Assembly (NCBI GenBank): GCA_041937175.2
Contig: CP166615.1
Coordinates: 2,560,001-2,624,000, forward strand
Direction of reading: 5' to 3'
From: Limnothrix sp. BL-A-16
Lineage (GTDB): Bacteria > Cyanobacteriota > Cyanobacteriia > CACIAM-69d
Length of the DNA stretch: 64,000 nt
Shown in pieces: positions 22,559 through 34,606 of the stretch; the first letter of the stretch is position 1, and each line of letters begins with the position of its first letter. The notes beneath the pieces are model-generated. The model did no database searches and was not told the DNA's origin. It saw only the letters and a list, made by a program, of their open reading frames with translations. Position numbers and translations under genes: made by a program.

Positions 22559-24820
22559 CTAGGGCACGCCCATTTGAATCAAATCCTCGCCGGGTAACAC
22601 TTCGCTAAATTTACCTCGATGGGCCACAAACAGGGCCAAACGCAGCCCCCAATCTGGCTCGACGGGCAAATCATCCCAAGGAACCGCCAGCTCCAAACAG
22701 CTATCCACGGCGAAGCGGGCGCGGCTGGGTCGGGCCCGCCAGGTATCGAATTCCGCCGCTTCCGAGAACCAAAGGGTTTTGGTGGGCAACTTCAGACCAA
22801 TGTGATGGCGGTAGTGGTAGTTGGCCGGGGCCAAATCGGGCAATTGCTCCAGGGGCACAGGACTGTTGTGGGCGGGGCGATCGGGATAGAACCAGCACAG
22901 GTGAATTTCATCGGGCTGTTTGCCGGTTTGGAAATCCAGCCGGACATAAAAGTGATGGTGATCCACTCCGTACCAAATGGTTTGAATCGGGCTGGATTGG
23001 TGCATCGTGCCCCGGGAACCACCCACCGCAATCCGGCCCGCTTGGTTCCAGTCTTGATCATCGCCACAGCCGTCAATGATCGGGTGAATAAAGTTTTGGG
23101 GGGTGCGATCGCCCGTGGCTTCATGAACTTCCACCGGCTCCAATAATTCCGGGGGAATGGGTTCGTTCAGGGCTTGGTAAATGGCGCACAGGTGCTCCCG
23201 AAACAGGCGATCGAAAATGGCATCTTGATTCGACGAGTGGCCAAACCCAAACCACCAAAACCAATCGGAACCCTCCGCCGCATAGAGCGCTTCCCAGGCG
23301 GCCGGATTGGTGGTTTCGGTGGCTTCCGGGTGGCGAGCCAGGGTTTCGCGGGCCGCCGTCAGCAAATCCCAGGCGCGGTTTTTGGCCGGATCGCCAATCC
23401 AGGTGGAAAAGGAGCCATCCACCCAAGAGCCACTGTGCAGGCGATCGACCGGCAGGGTTTCGCGGGGCGGGAACCGATCGAGATAATCACCCACGGTTAC
23501 CAGCTCAATTTCAGGATGCTGGCTGAGGCGGCTGTAGAGCGCGTCCAAGAAGGGCATCCCGTCGCGATCGTAATATTCCCAGCAGTTTTCTCCATCCAGG
23601 GCAATGGTCACCAACCAAGGCTGCTCTAGGCTGGTGCGATCGTCCCCTTGGCGTTGCTTCAGTTGCCGAGTAATCGCTTCCAAATGGCCAATCAAGTCTT
23701 GGGCAGCATGTTGGGGTTCCATGCCCGCATAGCTAAAGCCAATCAGATCCGAAAGGCGGTGGTCACGGAACGCGATCGCCAAGTCTCCCTGATCCGTGGC
23801 TAGGCGATAGGGCTGGTAAAGGTACTGTGGCTCCAGAACGTTGCCGGATCCGTCGCGGTGGAAGAAATGCTCGATCGTCCAGCCCAACACCGCCTCATCG
23901 GAAATTAACCATTGGAAACCGGCCGCCGCCACATCGGGCAAAATCGCCGGACTCACGGACTGCTCCGAAGGCCACAGCCCCCGAGGCAAACAGCCAAAGC
24001 GCTCGTGATACATGGCTTTGGCCCGTTCCAGATGCCGGGGAATATCTTCCGCCCACTGGAACCGGCTCGCGGGCAGTTGCATTTGGGGAATGGCCACCCG
24101 GCCCGCATCCGTATCGGCCAACAGGGGCAAAATGGGATGGGTGTAGGGCGTGGTGGTCACTTCCAACTGGCCCGACTCCTGCATCGATCGGTGCTTGGGA
24201 ATAATTTGCGCCAAAATTTCCCGTTGCTTATCCCAAATTTCTTGGCGATCGGTGAGCGAAAAATCCTTGCCCCGTTCTAACCAACCGGCAATTTTTGGAT
24301 CATCCCAAAACAACGGATCAATCCAAGCCAGGTTATGCCAAGCCAACAGATCTCCAAAATCCTCGGGTTTCCAATGGTCTAAACACCAAGGAATTCCCAA
24401 ATCATTTCGTTGTTCAAACAATTGGCAATAGCGAGGATGGGGATCCACCAAGGTGCGGTGGTTTCCATCAAAAAAATGCTCCAGCACAAAGCGCTTTTGT
24501 GTCGGTTGCAGTTGTTCAGCAGGGGTGAGCGCCAAGGCCAAGTAGGGGTCGATCGCCCGGCCCGCCACATAATCTTCAATTTGCAAGATCAGAGAAGGAA
24601 CCAAGTTCACGGTTTGACGCAACCGGGGGAACCGTTCCAACATCAAAATCAAATCGAGATAGTCCTTGGTGCCATGCAATCGCACCCAAGGCAATCGATA
24701 TTGCGCTTCTTCTGACTGTTGGGGCACGTCTGCCAAGGCTATTTCGGCCAGGTTGCCACGGCTTTTGTAGAGGGGCTGGTGTTGATGCCAAACAAAGGCA
24801 ACGTGCAGCGGGTAAGGCAT
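22559..24820 (-). CDS. glycoside hydrolase family 57 (amylopullulanase-like)
   Basis: WHQHQP, HPILPL, WPSEQ, DGEN, AEGSDWFWW. Confidence 0.93.
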   Translation of the reverse strand: MPYPLHVAFVWHQHQPLYKSRGNLAEIALADVPQQSEEAQYRLPWVRLHGTKDYLDLILMLERFPRLRQTVNLVPSLILQIEDYVAGRAIDPYLALALTPAEQLQPTQKRFVLEHFFDGNHRTLVDPHPRYCQLFEQRNDLGIPWCLDHWKPEDFGDLLAWHNLAWIDPLFWDDPKIAGWLERGKDFSLTDRQEIWDKQREILAQIIPKHRSMQESGQLEVTTTPYTHPILPLLADTDAGRVAIPQMQLPASRFQWAEDIPRHLERAKAMYHERFGCLPRGLWPSEQSVSPAILPDVAAAGFQWLISDEAVLGWTIEHFFHRDGSGNVLEPQYLYQPYRLATDQGDLAIAFRDHRLSDLIGFSYAGMEPQHAAQDLIGHLEAITRQLKQRQGDDRTSLEQPWLVTIALDGENCWEYYDRDGMPFLDALYSRLSQHPEIELVTVGDYLDRFPPRETLPVDRLHSGSWVDGSFSTWIGDPAKNRAWDLLTAARETLARHPEATETTNPAAWEALYAAEGSDWFWWFGFGHSSNQDAIFDRLFREHLCAIYQALNEPIPPELLEPVEVHEATGDRTPQNFIHPIIDGCGDDQDWNQAGRIAVGGSRGTMHQSSPIQTIWYGVDHHHFYVRLDFQTGKQPDEIHLCWFYPDRPAHNSPVPLEQLPDLAPANYHYRHHIGLKLPTKTLWFSEAAEFDTWRARPSRARFAVDSCLELAVPWDDLPVEPDWGLRLALFVAHRGKFSEVLPGEDLIQMGVP

Positions 24821-25133
24821 AGGGGGCGATCGAACCAATCTTTCTCCCATTCTAGGCGCGAGGTCAATTCCCGGAGCAATGGTTGAGGGCCCTTGTACTG
24901 AATTCCTGATGCGATTCACGACAAAAAAGCGGGCGAAAAAATTCCACCCGCATTGTTAGCCAATGGTCTACTAATTGCTAGTAATTGCTAGTCAATCGTT
25001 GGTCATGAACCAACCAATTATCAGCAAGCGATTAGCAAGGGGTCAGCCAATTTCAAGTAATGCGCTGGCAATTACTGCCAAATGACTGATAACCGGCATC
25101 AACAAGGAATCATCAGACGGAAGTTTACCTGAT

Positions 25134-25790
25134 TTATCCTTGCAATTTCAGATTAGAAAACGTCATCGTGGTGACGATTTCTTGGTCTCCTTCCTTGACC
25201 CGAATGGTTTGAGAACTCATCAAAACGTAGTTGCCAACCCGTTCATGGGTGTCTTCATAGCGCACCTGCTTCACCAGTTGGTTTTCCGGCAGCTTATAGA
25301 AGTTGGCATCGGTCAAGGTGGGCAAATAGCCTTCACCGGTATCCATCGTTGTTTGGGTGTCAATGATGAATTTCATGGGGCCCACGGGACGCTCCACATG
25401 GCAAATTTCCCGATCGCGCACTTTGTAGCTGGATCCCATGGATTTCCCAGCAACCAACACTTCCACTGCGCCCGTTTCGTCAGTGGCTCCTAAGGTAAAT
25501 TCGTTTTGACCGTGGGCCTTGTCGAAGCTGCTGCGCTGACGATGGGTGACAATATCGCGCAGTTGATGTTCCAACGTTTTCAACACTTCGGGATGGTCAA
25601 TGCCGGTGACGCTGACGCTGAAATCGGCCGCGATCGCCACGGATCCCCGATAGCTTTCTTCCCCTTGACGCAATTCCACATCGGCGGTGTAACCCGGAAA
25701 GTTAGCATCCCAGGTATAGCGATTTTCGTAGGCGGCCCGGAACAAGTCCCGAGCGTTGGTTTCTTGGGCGCGATCTTGAGCGAGGGTCAT
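25134..25790 (-). CDS. DUF3386-family protein
   Basis: ARDLFRAAYENRYTWDANFPGY. Confidence 0.85.
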   Translation of the reverse strand: MTLAQDRAQETNARDLFRAAYENRYTWDANFPGYTADVELRQGEESYRGSVAIAADFSVSVTGIDHPEVLKTLEHQLRDIVTHRQRSSFDKAHGQNEFTLGATDETGAVEVLVAGKSMGSSYKVRDREICHVERPVGPMKFIIDTQTTMDTGEGYLPTLTDANFYKLPENQLVKQVRYEDTHERVGNYVLMSSQTIRVKEGDQEIVTTMTFSNLKLQG

Positions 25791-26165
25791 AGCGATCCAG
25801 AGTTAGGGTGTTTGGAAGGTGGTGATCGGAAACCGATCGAGAACCAACCACAAATCAATTACCAAACCATTGATCAGTCGCCAATTAGTGGCTAACCAAT
25901 TGATGATGAATTGATCCTGGGTTGATCATGATTGCGTTGATCGTGATCTTGATCATGAACGAATTGCAAACCAATTGCAAATTAACTGCAAATTAACTGC
26001 AAACCAACAGCTAAATAATTGGCCATAAGCTGCCGATTGTTCATGAATGAATCAAGCACGATCAACTCATGGATGAATTGATCATCGATACATCGCACAT
26101 CAATCATGAGTTGCGCATGAATCCATGATCCATTAATCGGGAATGGGGCGATCGCCCTGGGCAAT

Positions 26166-27539
26166 CTATCGCAAGGTCACGAACTCTTCAGCGGTGGAAG
26201 GATGAATGGCCATGGTGCGATCGAAGTCGGCCTTCGTTGCCCCCATCACCACAGGAATAGCCATGCCTTGGATAATTTCCGCCGCATCTTTGCCCACCAT
26301 ATGCACCCCTAAAATTCGCTCGTCTTCACCTTCCACCACCAGTTTGACCAACACCTTTTCGGTGCAGTCGGTCAGGCTGTAGATCATTGGGCGGAAGCGG
26401 GCCCGGTAGATTTTCACCCGATCGCCATAAACGGCCCGGGCTTCCTCTTCGGTCATGCCCACGGTGGCGGCTTCCGGTTGCGAAAACACGGCGGAGGGAA
26501 TATTGCGATGGCTGATAGTGCGGGGCTGGTGACCAAATACCGTGTCCGCAAAGGCACGCCCTTCCGCGATCGCCACGGGGGTGAGATTAACCCGATCGGT
26601 GCAGTCGCCCACGGCGTAGATGTGGGGCTGGTTGGTGCAGTGGTCGGCCGTCACGGCGATCGCCCCATTCACCACTGCCACCCCGGCACGATCGAGGTTC
26701 AGCGGCTCAATTTGAGGCTTGGGTTTGCGGCCCGTGGCGCTCAGGATGGCATCGGCCATCAACTCATGGGCCACGCCGTCAGTTGTTTTGAACTGCATCC
26801 GCAGGCCGGCATCGGTTTTTTCAATTTGGAGGGTGGCGATATCGGCATGGGTATGTACAGCAATGCCTCGATCGACCATGGCTTGCTGGATTTGATCCCG
26901 AATATCACTATCAAAGCCGCGCAGGATTCGATCGCCCCGCAACACTTGCGTCACCTCAGAGCCTAAGCCCTTCAGGATTCCAGCAAATTCCACGCCGATA
27001 TAGCCCCCACCTAAGACCACAAACCGTTGGGGTCGCTCCTTCAGCAGGAACATCTCCCGAGAGGTGATCGTATGTTCAATGCCGGGCACATCTGGGCGCA
27101 CGGCTTCGCCACCCACGGCAATCAGGATGTAGCGGGCGGTCACTTCGCGAGTGCCGCTGGGGCTAACGATTTCAATCCGGTGCTCATCCACAAATCGCCC
27201 CAGACCCGAAATCAGCTCTACGCCCGCTTTTTCCAGAAAACTGATGTGTAGTTTGTTAAGGCGCATCACTTCCGTCTGCACCGCGTTGATCAGCTTAGGC
27301 CAGTCGTGCTCTGGCTCCACTGCTGACCAACCGTAGCCCGTGGCATCCTCGTACCAGTGGGCAAACTGGGATGCATAGACCATGAGCTTTTTGGGCACGC
27401 AACCGCGAATTACGCAAGTGCCACCCACGAGGTCGCTTTCTGCGATCGCCACTTTTGCGCCATAGCTGGCGGCTCGCTTGGAAGCGGCCAGCCCGCCGGA
27501 GCCTGCACCAATAACGAAGAGGTCGTAGTCAAATGTCAT
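26166..27539 (-). CDS. gor: glutathione-disulfide reductase
   Basis: GAGSGG, GGTCVIRGCVPKK, IHPSTAEEFVT. Confidence 0.96.
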   Translation of the reverse strand: MTFDYDLFVIGAGSGGLAASKRAASYGAKVAIAESDLVGGTCVIRGCVPKKLMVYASQFAHWYEDATGYGWSAVEPEHDWPKLINAVQTEVMRLNKLHISFLEKAGVELISGLGRFVDEHRIEIVSPSGTREVTARYILIAVGGEAVRPDVPGIEHTITSREMFLLKERPQRFVVLGGGYIGVEFAGILKGLGSEVTQVLRGDRILRGFDSDIRDQIQQAMVDRGIAVHTHADIATLQIEKTDAGLRMQFKTTDGVAHELMADAILSATGRKPKPQIEPLNLDRAGVAVVNGAIAVTADHCTNQPHIYAVGDCTDRVNLTPVAIAEGRAFADTVFGHQPRTISHRNIPSAVFSQPEAATVGMTEEEARAVYGDRVKIYRARFRPMIYSLTDCTEKVLVKLVVEGEDERILGVHMVGKDAAEIIQGMAIPVVMGATKADFDRTMAIHPSTAEEFVTLR

Positions 27540-27784
27540 GATGTTGCCTTCTGATCCAGCCGGAGCAATCGAGCTTGCCCCGCCCTTCGATCGTAGCAAC
27601 CGACCTTGCAAACGGGCGCAATGGATTGCGATCGAGCTAGCAGCCCAGAAGGAGCAAGGCGATCAAAAGGCGATCAAAGCACGATCATAAAAATGCCCTG
27701 ACCCGTGCCCCCTGGCCGATTAAGCATGAGTCGGGCGATCAGCTTTGGGCAGATTCTTTTGCGCAGATCCCTTTGGGCGAATCC

Positions 27785-28573
27785 TTAAGCCCCGATCGCC
27801 TCAGAACTGTCGGCCATCCGAGGAGCCGCGTAGCCCGTGCCGCGCACCGTCAAGATAATCTCTGGGTTACGCGGATCGTCTTCCAGTTTCGATCGCAGCC
27901 GCGCCACATGCACATCCACCACCCGCATGTCCGCTTGGATCCGAGGGGCATAACCCCAGAGAGTTTGCAGAATTTCGCCCCGGGGCACGGCTTCCCCATT
28001 GCGGCTAAACAGCAATTCCAACAGGCTGAATTCCGTATGGGTCAGACGAATTCGTCGATCGCTGCGATAAACCTGGCGCTTCCGGGTATCGACTCGCAGG
28101 GAACCAATTTGAATCGTGCCATTCCCGATCGGGGGCGGCGTGGTTTTGTCCTTCACCCGACGCAGCACACAGGCAATTCGCGCCTCTAATTCTTTAGGGG
28201 AAAAAGGTTTAGCTAAATAATCATCGGCTCCCATTTGTAAGCCAGTGATGCGATCGCCCACATCGCCCAAGGCCGTCAACATAATGATCGGCACATCGGA
28301 GTTTTGGCGCAGGGTTTGGCAAACGCCATAGCCGTCAATTTTCGGCATCATCACATCCAACACCACCAGATCGGGATCCTCGCGGTCAAATACCTCGAGG
28401 GCCTCCTCTCCATCCGCCGCCGACACGACTTCATACCCCGCCAGCGAAAGGCGCGTAGTCAGGATCATCCGCAATGCCGATTCATCATCGACAATCAGGA
28501 TTTTGCCGCGCGATCGCCCTGATTCTGTGATCGTCTGCAAGGAATTTTCTGCCAACATTTTTGTTGATTTCAT
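27785..28573 (-). CDS. OmpR-family response regulator, RpaB paralog (SrrA-like)
   Basis: REC domain LDVMMPKIDGYGVC..KPFSPKELEARI; wHTH RVVDVHVARLRSKLEDDP; RpaB-like but divergent. Confidence 0.85.
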   Translation of the reverse strand: MKSTKMLAENSLQTITESGRSRGKILIVDDESALRMILTTRLSLAGYEVVSAADGEEALEVFDREDPDLVVLDVMMPKIDGYGVCQTLRQNSDVPIIMLTALGDVGDRITGLQMGADDYLAKPFSPKELEARIACVLRRVKDKTTPPPIGNGTIQIGSLRVDTRKRQVYRSDRRIRLTHTEFSLLELLFSRNGEAVPRGEILQTLWGYAPRIQADMRVVDVHVARLRSKLEDDPRNPEIILTVRGTGYAAPRMADSSEAIGA

Positions 28574-29112
28574 TTAAAAAGCTTGCAGTTATTCATCAAC
28601 GTTGGCTACTGATTGAGCTAGTTATTTTGATTCATGAATTGTTTCAGAACAATTCGAGCAAAATCAGCCGATCGCAGCCGATTGATGAACACTTCAGCAA
28701 TCAACGGAGAAGGGGTTTCGACGGTTGAATGGTGTCATTCAGTCGCCAAAGGGAAATTAAGAAACGTGAATGCACGTCTGTCAAATGCGGTGCGGTCTGA
28801 ACGCAATCGCCCTTCAACCCAATGGATTGACAAGTCACCAGGAACCGACGGTTTAGGGAATGGATCGCAACTAATTGAGATCAATTCCAGTCGGTTGTGT
28901 TGGCCAATAATGGGCCAAGGTGTTGATGGGCTAAGGATTCTCGCTCATCTAAATATTACCAGATGTAACGTTTTCGCCGCAAATCTTAAAGAAATCTGAG
29001 GATTAACCATAACGGTTGATTAATTGCCCCCCTTGATCGTGAGCCGTGAGCTTGGCTCGTCATCTTGGCTCGTGGCGGTAGCCAGCGCGATCGGCTTTCC
29101 GACCCATTCTGA

Positions 29113-29637
<525 letters not shown>

Positions 29638-29712
29638 TGGACTGCTAGACACCTCCCGATTGGGGCCCAAATCCTTTCAACGGGCCCCGCGCTCCGCCTG
29701 AACCACCCACAC

Positions 29713-30141
29713 TTAAGAAGCCGCCGTTGCTAGGGATGGAGATGGGGCAGCATCCTGGTTTTTGAGTTGAATGAGTTCCACCTTGTAGCCGTCTGGATCC
29801 TCCACGAAGGCAATCACCGTCGAGCCATGTTTCATGGGGCCGGGGGCGCGGGTCACTCGCCCGCCCCGCGTCGTGATTTCCTCGCAGGTGGCATAGATAT
29901 CATCTACCCCCAGAGCGATGTGACCGTAGGCCGTCCCGAGTTCGTAGGACTCCACGCCCCAGTTGTGGGTTAGCTCAATGACGGCCGTTTCTGACTCGTC
30001 CCCATAGCCCACAAAGGCCAGCGTGAACTTGCCATCGGGATAATCCTTTTGGCGCAAGAGTTTCATCCCCAACACATTGCAATAGAAATCGAGCGATCGC
30101 TGCAAGTCGCCCACCCGCAGCATGGTGTGAAGTAGTCGCAT
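29713..30141 (-). CDS. gloA: lactoylglutathione lyase (glyoxalase I)
   Basis: [33 protein letters not shown]. Confidence 0.96.
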   Translation of the reverse strand: MRLLHTMLRVGDLQRSLDFYCNVLGMKLLRQKDYPDGKFTLAFVGYGDESETAVIELTHNWGVESYELGTAYGHIALGVDDIYATCEEITTRGGRVTRAPGPMKHGSTVIAFVEDPDGYKVELIQLKNQDAAPSPSLATAAS

Positions 30142-30461
30142 GGTTCTCTCCCGCAAACGGTTCGATCTAACAAAGGCACTAACAAACAAAGTCACTCGCA
30201 AGCAAAGTCACTCGCAAGGTCAGCCTGATGCATGGCCCATTAGGAACAATGCTTTTAAGTTTAAACTCGAAAACTTCAACCGGTTCCCCAGAGGCATCTC
30301 CAGAGAGACCCACCCCAAACACCCCAAACACCCAAAATTAATTGCCAACTAAAAAATGCCAATAAAAATGCCCACTAAAAAACCCATGCCGGATGCAGCG
30401 ATCGCGTCCAGCACAGGTTTAGTTTAGGGGAACCTAAGCAGGGATTGGAGCGTCAGTTGAC

Positions 30462-32510
30462 CTAACGAGCCGCCCGTAGTCCACCGCTCGGCAAGAAGGC
30501 CATCGGGTTCACTGCGCCTTTGCCCGATGGGCGAATTTCAAAGTGCAGGTGGGGGCCAGTGCTGCGACCAGTGCTGCCCATTTCTGCAATCAGTTGACCT
30601 TGGCGGACGGTTTGACCAGCCCGTACCAAAAGACGGCTGTTGTGGGCATAGCGAGTGAGGCTGCCATCCGGGTGGCGAATATCCACCTTGTTACCGTAGC
30701 CACCGCTGTCCCAACCGGAAGTTGCCACCACGCCGTCAGCCGCAGCCACAACCGGTGTACCCACAGGGGCTGCAATATCAATGCCTCGGTGCATCCGGCC
30801 CCAGCGCCAGCCATAGCCGGAAGTCAGAATGCCTTGGCTCGGCCAGATGTAGCCGCGCATGGTCTGGGGTTGTGCGCCCGGTAGGTAAGCTGAAGGATCC
30901 GACAGGGGCGGCAGTTGCGGCGAAACACTGGCATTGAGCAGCGTTTGCACACGGGGATTACGAGCATTCAGCGGTTCGGAGGCGGCTGCAATCAGTTGGC
31001 TGCGGCGCGGATCCGCCTCCGGCATCGGTTGGCTCAGGGCTAGCGGACGATCGCTCAGGGGCGCAGAGGGCGGTTGCACAGCCACGGTTGCCGCTTGATT
31101 AGCCACGGTGTTGGCTTGGCTGGCGGCCACGGCGGTGGCAGCGGCCGGAGCCAACAGGCTGATGGCACCGCTGCGGCTTGATTCGCCGGTTTGGTTTTGG
31201 TAGCGAGCTTGCAGGGCCTGAATTTCAGCTCGCAGACCGTCAATGTAGGGGCTATAGCGTGGGCTGGCTAGGTCGCTGTTTGCTGTTCCCTGTTGAAGGC
31301 GGCTGCTGGCGGTGGGCACGTCGGCAGCGCCGGCCAGGGATTGAGCGGTGGCCGCATGGCTCAGAAGATTGACAGCGCCACCGCCGGCTTCTTCCGTTGC
31401 AACCGTGCGGGCGGCCGCGGCACTCACGGGGACAGCCGGGCGATCGAGCCGCTGCGTGGGAACTGCAACGGCCGTGAGTCGATAATCAGCGGCGGTGGGG
31501 ATGCTAACCACCAGGTCGTTGGCAGTGGGAGTGACCGCATCTACAGAAGCACGCTCGGCCGTAGTCGCCGATTGCAGTGCAACGGTTTCTTCGGTGCGAT
31601 CGGTCGTGGGAACCTCTGCTGATTCAGTGGTTGGTTGCGGCTCCAGGGCCAGCAGTTCGATCGCCTCAGTGGTGGAACCCAGCAGGTTTCCGGTATTCGC
31701 CGCCAGAGACTCCAAGGCTTGGCTCAATCGTTGGCTTTGGGCCTGCAAGCGATCAATGCTCCGGATGGCAGCAGCATCGGCCAGCAGGTCGATCGTGTTG
31801 GGCGAAGAAGGGGCTTCTGCGGCGGGAATTTCAGTCACAGCAGGACTGTTGGCGCTAGCCGACTCGGCAACAGTGGCCGAAGCGTCAATCACAACGGACG
31901 CTTCCGGTGCAACCGCAGCCACTTCAACCTGGTTGTCCGGGAGGGCTGGAATCCGGCTGCGATCGAGGGTGATTGCTGTGGTCTGGCTGTCGGCTTCGCT
32001 TTCGCCATGGGCCAGGGAGGCGGAAAATTGCTCGGAATTCGCTTCAGCCGTTGTTTGACTCGTTTCGACGGTGGGCGCGCTCAAGGTCGCCGTTTCCACT
32101 TCGGCGGTGATTGGCTCGATCGCGCTAACAACGGTGCGTTGGGGAATGCTGCGGGCTGGAATGGTGAGTTGTTGACCAGCGCTCAGGACAGCATCAATCG
32201 ACAGGTGGTTCGCCGCCGCCAGGGCTTCAGGCGCAACATCGTATTGACGGGCGATGGTCGCGATCGTGTCGTTGGCTTGAACCGTGTGGGTCTTGCTGGT
32301 GGCCGCCGCCACGGCTTGGCTACTGAGGGACGGAGCCTGGTTGGGTTCTGCCGCAATCGCGTGGTCGCCTTGGCGGGGCAACAGCAACCCTGTTGCACCC
32401 ATTGAGATTGCCAACCCTAGCGTCGCGATCGAGGCGCGGGTCTTCCGACTAGTCTCCGTGGGAGCTTGTTGGTACTGTTCGGTCATCGCACGATGTGGAT
32501 TGTTGGTCAT
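30462..32510 (-). CDS. LysM + M23 peptidoglycan DD-metalloendopeptidase (NlpD-like)
   Basis: N-terminal LysM (HTVQANDTIATIARQY), C-terminal HRGID...YAH...GPHLHFE. Confidence 0.92.
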   Translation of the reverse strand: MTNNPHRAMTEQYQQAPTETSRKTRASIATLGLAISMGATGLLLPRQGDHAIAAEPNQAPSLSSQAVAAATSKTHTVQANDTIATIARQYDVAPEALAAANHLSIDAVLSAGQQLTIPARSIPQRTVVSAIEPITAEVETATLSAPTVETSQTTAEANSEQFSASLAHGESEADSQTTAITLDRSRIPALPDNQVEVAAVAPEASVVIDASATVAESASANSPAVTEIPAAEAPSSPNTIDLLADAAAIRSIDRLQAQSQRLSQALESLAANTGNLLGSTTEAIELLALEPQPTTESAEVPTTDRTEETVALQSATTAERASVDAVTPTANDLVVSIPTAADYRLTAVAVPTQRLDRPAVPVSAAAARTVATEEAGGGAVNLLSHAATAQSLAGAADVPTASSRLQQGTANSDLASPRYSPYIDGLRAEIQALQARYQNQTGESSRSGAISLLAPAAATAVAASQANTVANQAATVAVQPPSAPLSDRPLALSQPMPEADPRRSQLIAAASEPLNARNPRVQTLLNASVSPQLPPLSDPSAYLPGAQPQTMRGYIWPSQGILTSGYGWRWGRMHRGIDIAAPVGTPVVAAADGVVATSGWDSGGYGNKVDIRHPDGSLTRYAHNSRLLVRAGQTVRQGQLIAEMGSTGRSTGPHLHFEIRPSGKGAVNPMAFLPSGGLRAAR

Positions 32511-33576
32511 TGGGGCGCTGGCAACTCAGCAGTCAGCAAGCCTTGGGCTGGTAAACCACAGAACTCGCCTCGACTCTGGTCGTGGGTGGGGTGCTCAATC
32601 GTTGATTGCCCATTGGACTGCGATTGAATCAGCCTTGCCGTCCCAAGCGCCTTGGATGGCTAGATCACCGCTCAGGTGCGACGCGGCGGCCAGCGATAAG
32701 CTCGGTTAGACCGGGGTCTTAATACGAGTTAAGGCTTAGGCAAGACTACCCTGCTTTTGTGGTTTAGGCAAGTTTAACCAGATTGGCAACTGATTTGTGA
32801 CAGTTTCGGTATTTGTTTTCTTGATGAATATTGCGCCTTTCGGTGATGTTTTGTCGTTCAGGATTGCACTCCTTACTTGATCATCGTTTTTCCAAAATTC
32901 TTTCTCCAAAAGACTTTCAGGCGTTCAAGTCATTGACAACGAGTATCGGATTACCTCCCTTTCAAGACTTAGCCGACAGGTCAGGATCACCGTAATTCTA
33001 CGCTGTGTCTTGGATTGCCTAGTCAAGATTTCCAAGGGGGGAATATGTCGTTTTAGAGCCTGATGAATTAAAAAAAATGTAAAATTCGCTGCAAAATTCG
33101 GACGATTGATTGATAGGATTTTCTTATTAATCAATCGTCCAATCGCCCCCTGTGGGGCACGAAAGCCCCGTTACGCCGATCGCCCCTGAGGTTTAGAGGG
33201 CTGATTAGACCTGAGCAATCACGGCTCAGCAATTGCCAGGTGGCGATCACTGGGCGATCGGGAGCCAAAACACGCCCTCAGCAACTCCATCGGCCCCTGA
33301 CGGGCAATCACCACCGATTCCAGCTCCCCCAGACCGCTGAATCCAGCAACAGGCTACCCATCGGTTGCGATCGGCCCTGTCAAAATGGACAGCATGGGCA
33401 AATTCCAGGAGATCGCTATTCCGTTACTCCGTTGATGCTCAGGTGCTGATGCGACCTCAACGGATTCAGCCTCGCCCCATTCAAATTTGGTCTTTTGGTC
33501 GATTACCTGGTCTATTGATTTGGCCCATATGAGACCTCAATCCATGCATTCGCAACGCCTGTACCCACAACAGGAC

Positions 33577-34041
33577 TTACCCCAATAATCCCAACTGCCG
33601 CCGAGCCTCAAACAGCCCGATCGCGGTGCTTGACGATAGATTCAGGCTACGGACACCCGCACAGTCCATGGGAATGCGAGCAATCAGGTCGCAAGTTTCC
33701 AGCACCAAAGTCGGCAACCCCTCCGTTTCGCTGCCAAACAGCAGCCAATCCGTCGGGGCATAGGCGATGTGGTGATAGGACGTGCTGCCACCGCTGGAAA
33801 ATCCAATCAGCCGTCCCCCGATCGGGCGGTGAAATTCGGCAAAGGTCGGCCAATCGGCATGATAGCGAAGCTTGACAAACGGCCAGTAGTCCAGTCCAGC
33901 CCGTTTGAGGTAGCGATCGGTAATTTCAAAGCCCAAAGGGCCCACCAGGTGCAGTTCCGTACCGGTGGCAGCGCAGGTACGGGCAATATTGCCTGTATTG
34001 GGCGGAATTTGAGGATTAACCAGCACAATTTGGGGTTGCAT
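33577..34041 (-). CDS. trmL: tRNA (cytidine/uridine-34 2'-O)-methyltransferase
   Basis: PQIPPNTGNIARTC, LKRAGLDYW, FGSETEGL, RSLNLS. Confidence 0.94.
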   Translation of the reverse strand: MQPQIVLVNPQIPPNTGNIARTCAATGTELHLVGPLGFEITDRYLKRAGLDYWPFVKLRYHADWPTFAEFHRPIGGRLIGFSSGGSTSYHHIAYAPTDWLLFGSETEGLPTLVLETCDLIARIPMDCAGVRSLNLSSSTAIGLFEARRQLGLLG

Positions 34042-34606
34042 GGAATTTTTTGGCAACTAAGGAACTGAGACAACGGTATTTCAGGGAAATTCACCCCAAA
34101 CCGCTCAATTGAGATCGTCAAACGAACCAAGATTTTTCACCCTGATTCGCCTGCTCCGGGAGGCTGACAACTATAGATTTTTTTAATCACTGACCGGGAA
34201 TCTCGATTGATTATCAAAAATAATTTAAAATCCGTCAAACATCATAATTACCAATCATTAATCGCGATTGAAAAACATAATCAATCGTGAATCGATCGCG
34301 ATCGCTCCTCAGCAGGCCCCAAGGGAACCTCCCCAGGCAAACAGCGGCCCGGCCACCCCTATGATTCCCATCCAACCCCGATTGGATCAGGCCCCCAGTC
34401 CACTACTGCGAACTTCGATCAGCGATCGGGCGGCCGATCAGGCCCAACAGTTGTGTTCAACAATACATATATATGGATGTGTACAGAGATGCCGACAAAC
34501 AAGCCGCACTGTCCCACAGCGATCCACAGCGCCTGGCATGATTCGGTATCATGAAAGATTGGGCTTTGATCAGTGGGGCGCACTTTGATCGCCGCCGCCA
34601 ATTTGC

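Noticed and set aside
32510..33577. ~1-kb intergenic region as a possible RNA gene
   Set aside because: No recognisable tRNA, riboswitch or ncRNA motif by eye; short ORFs are unconvincing
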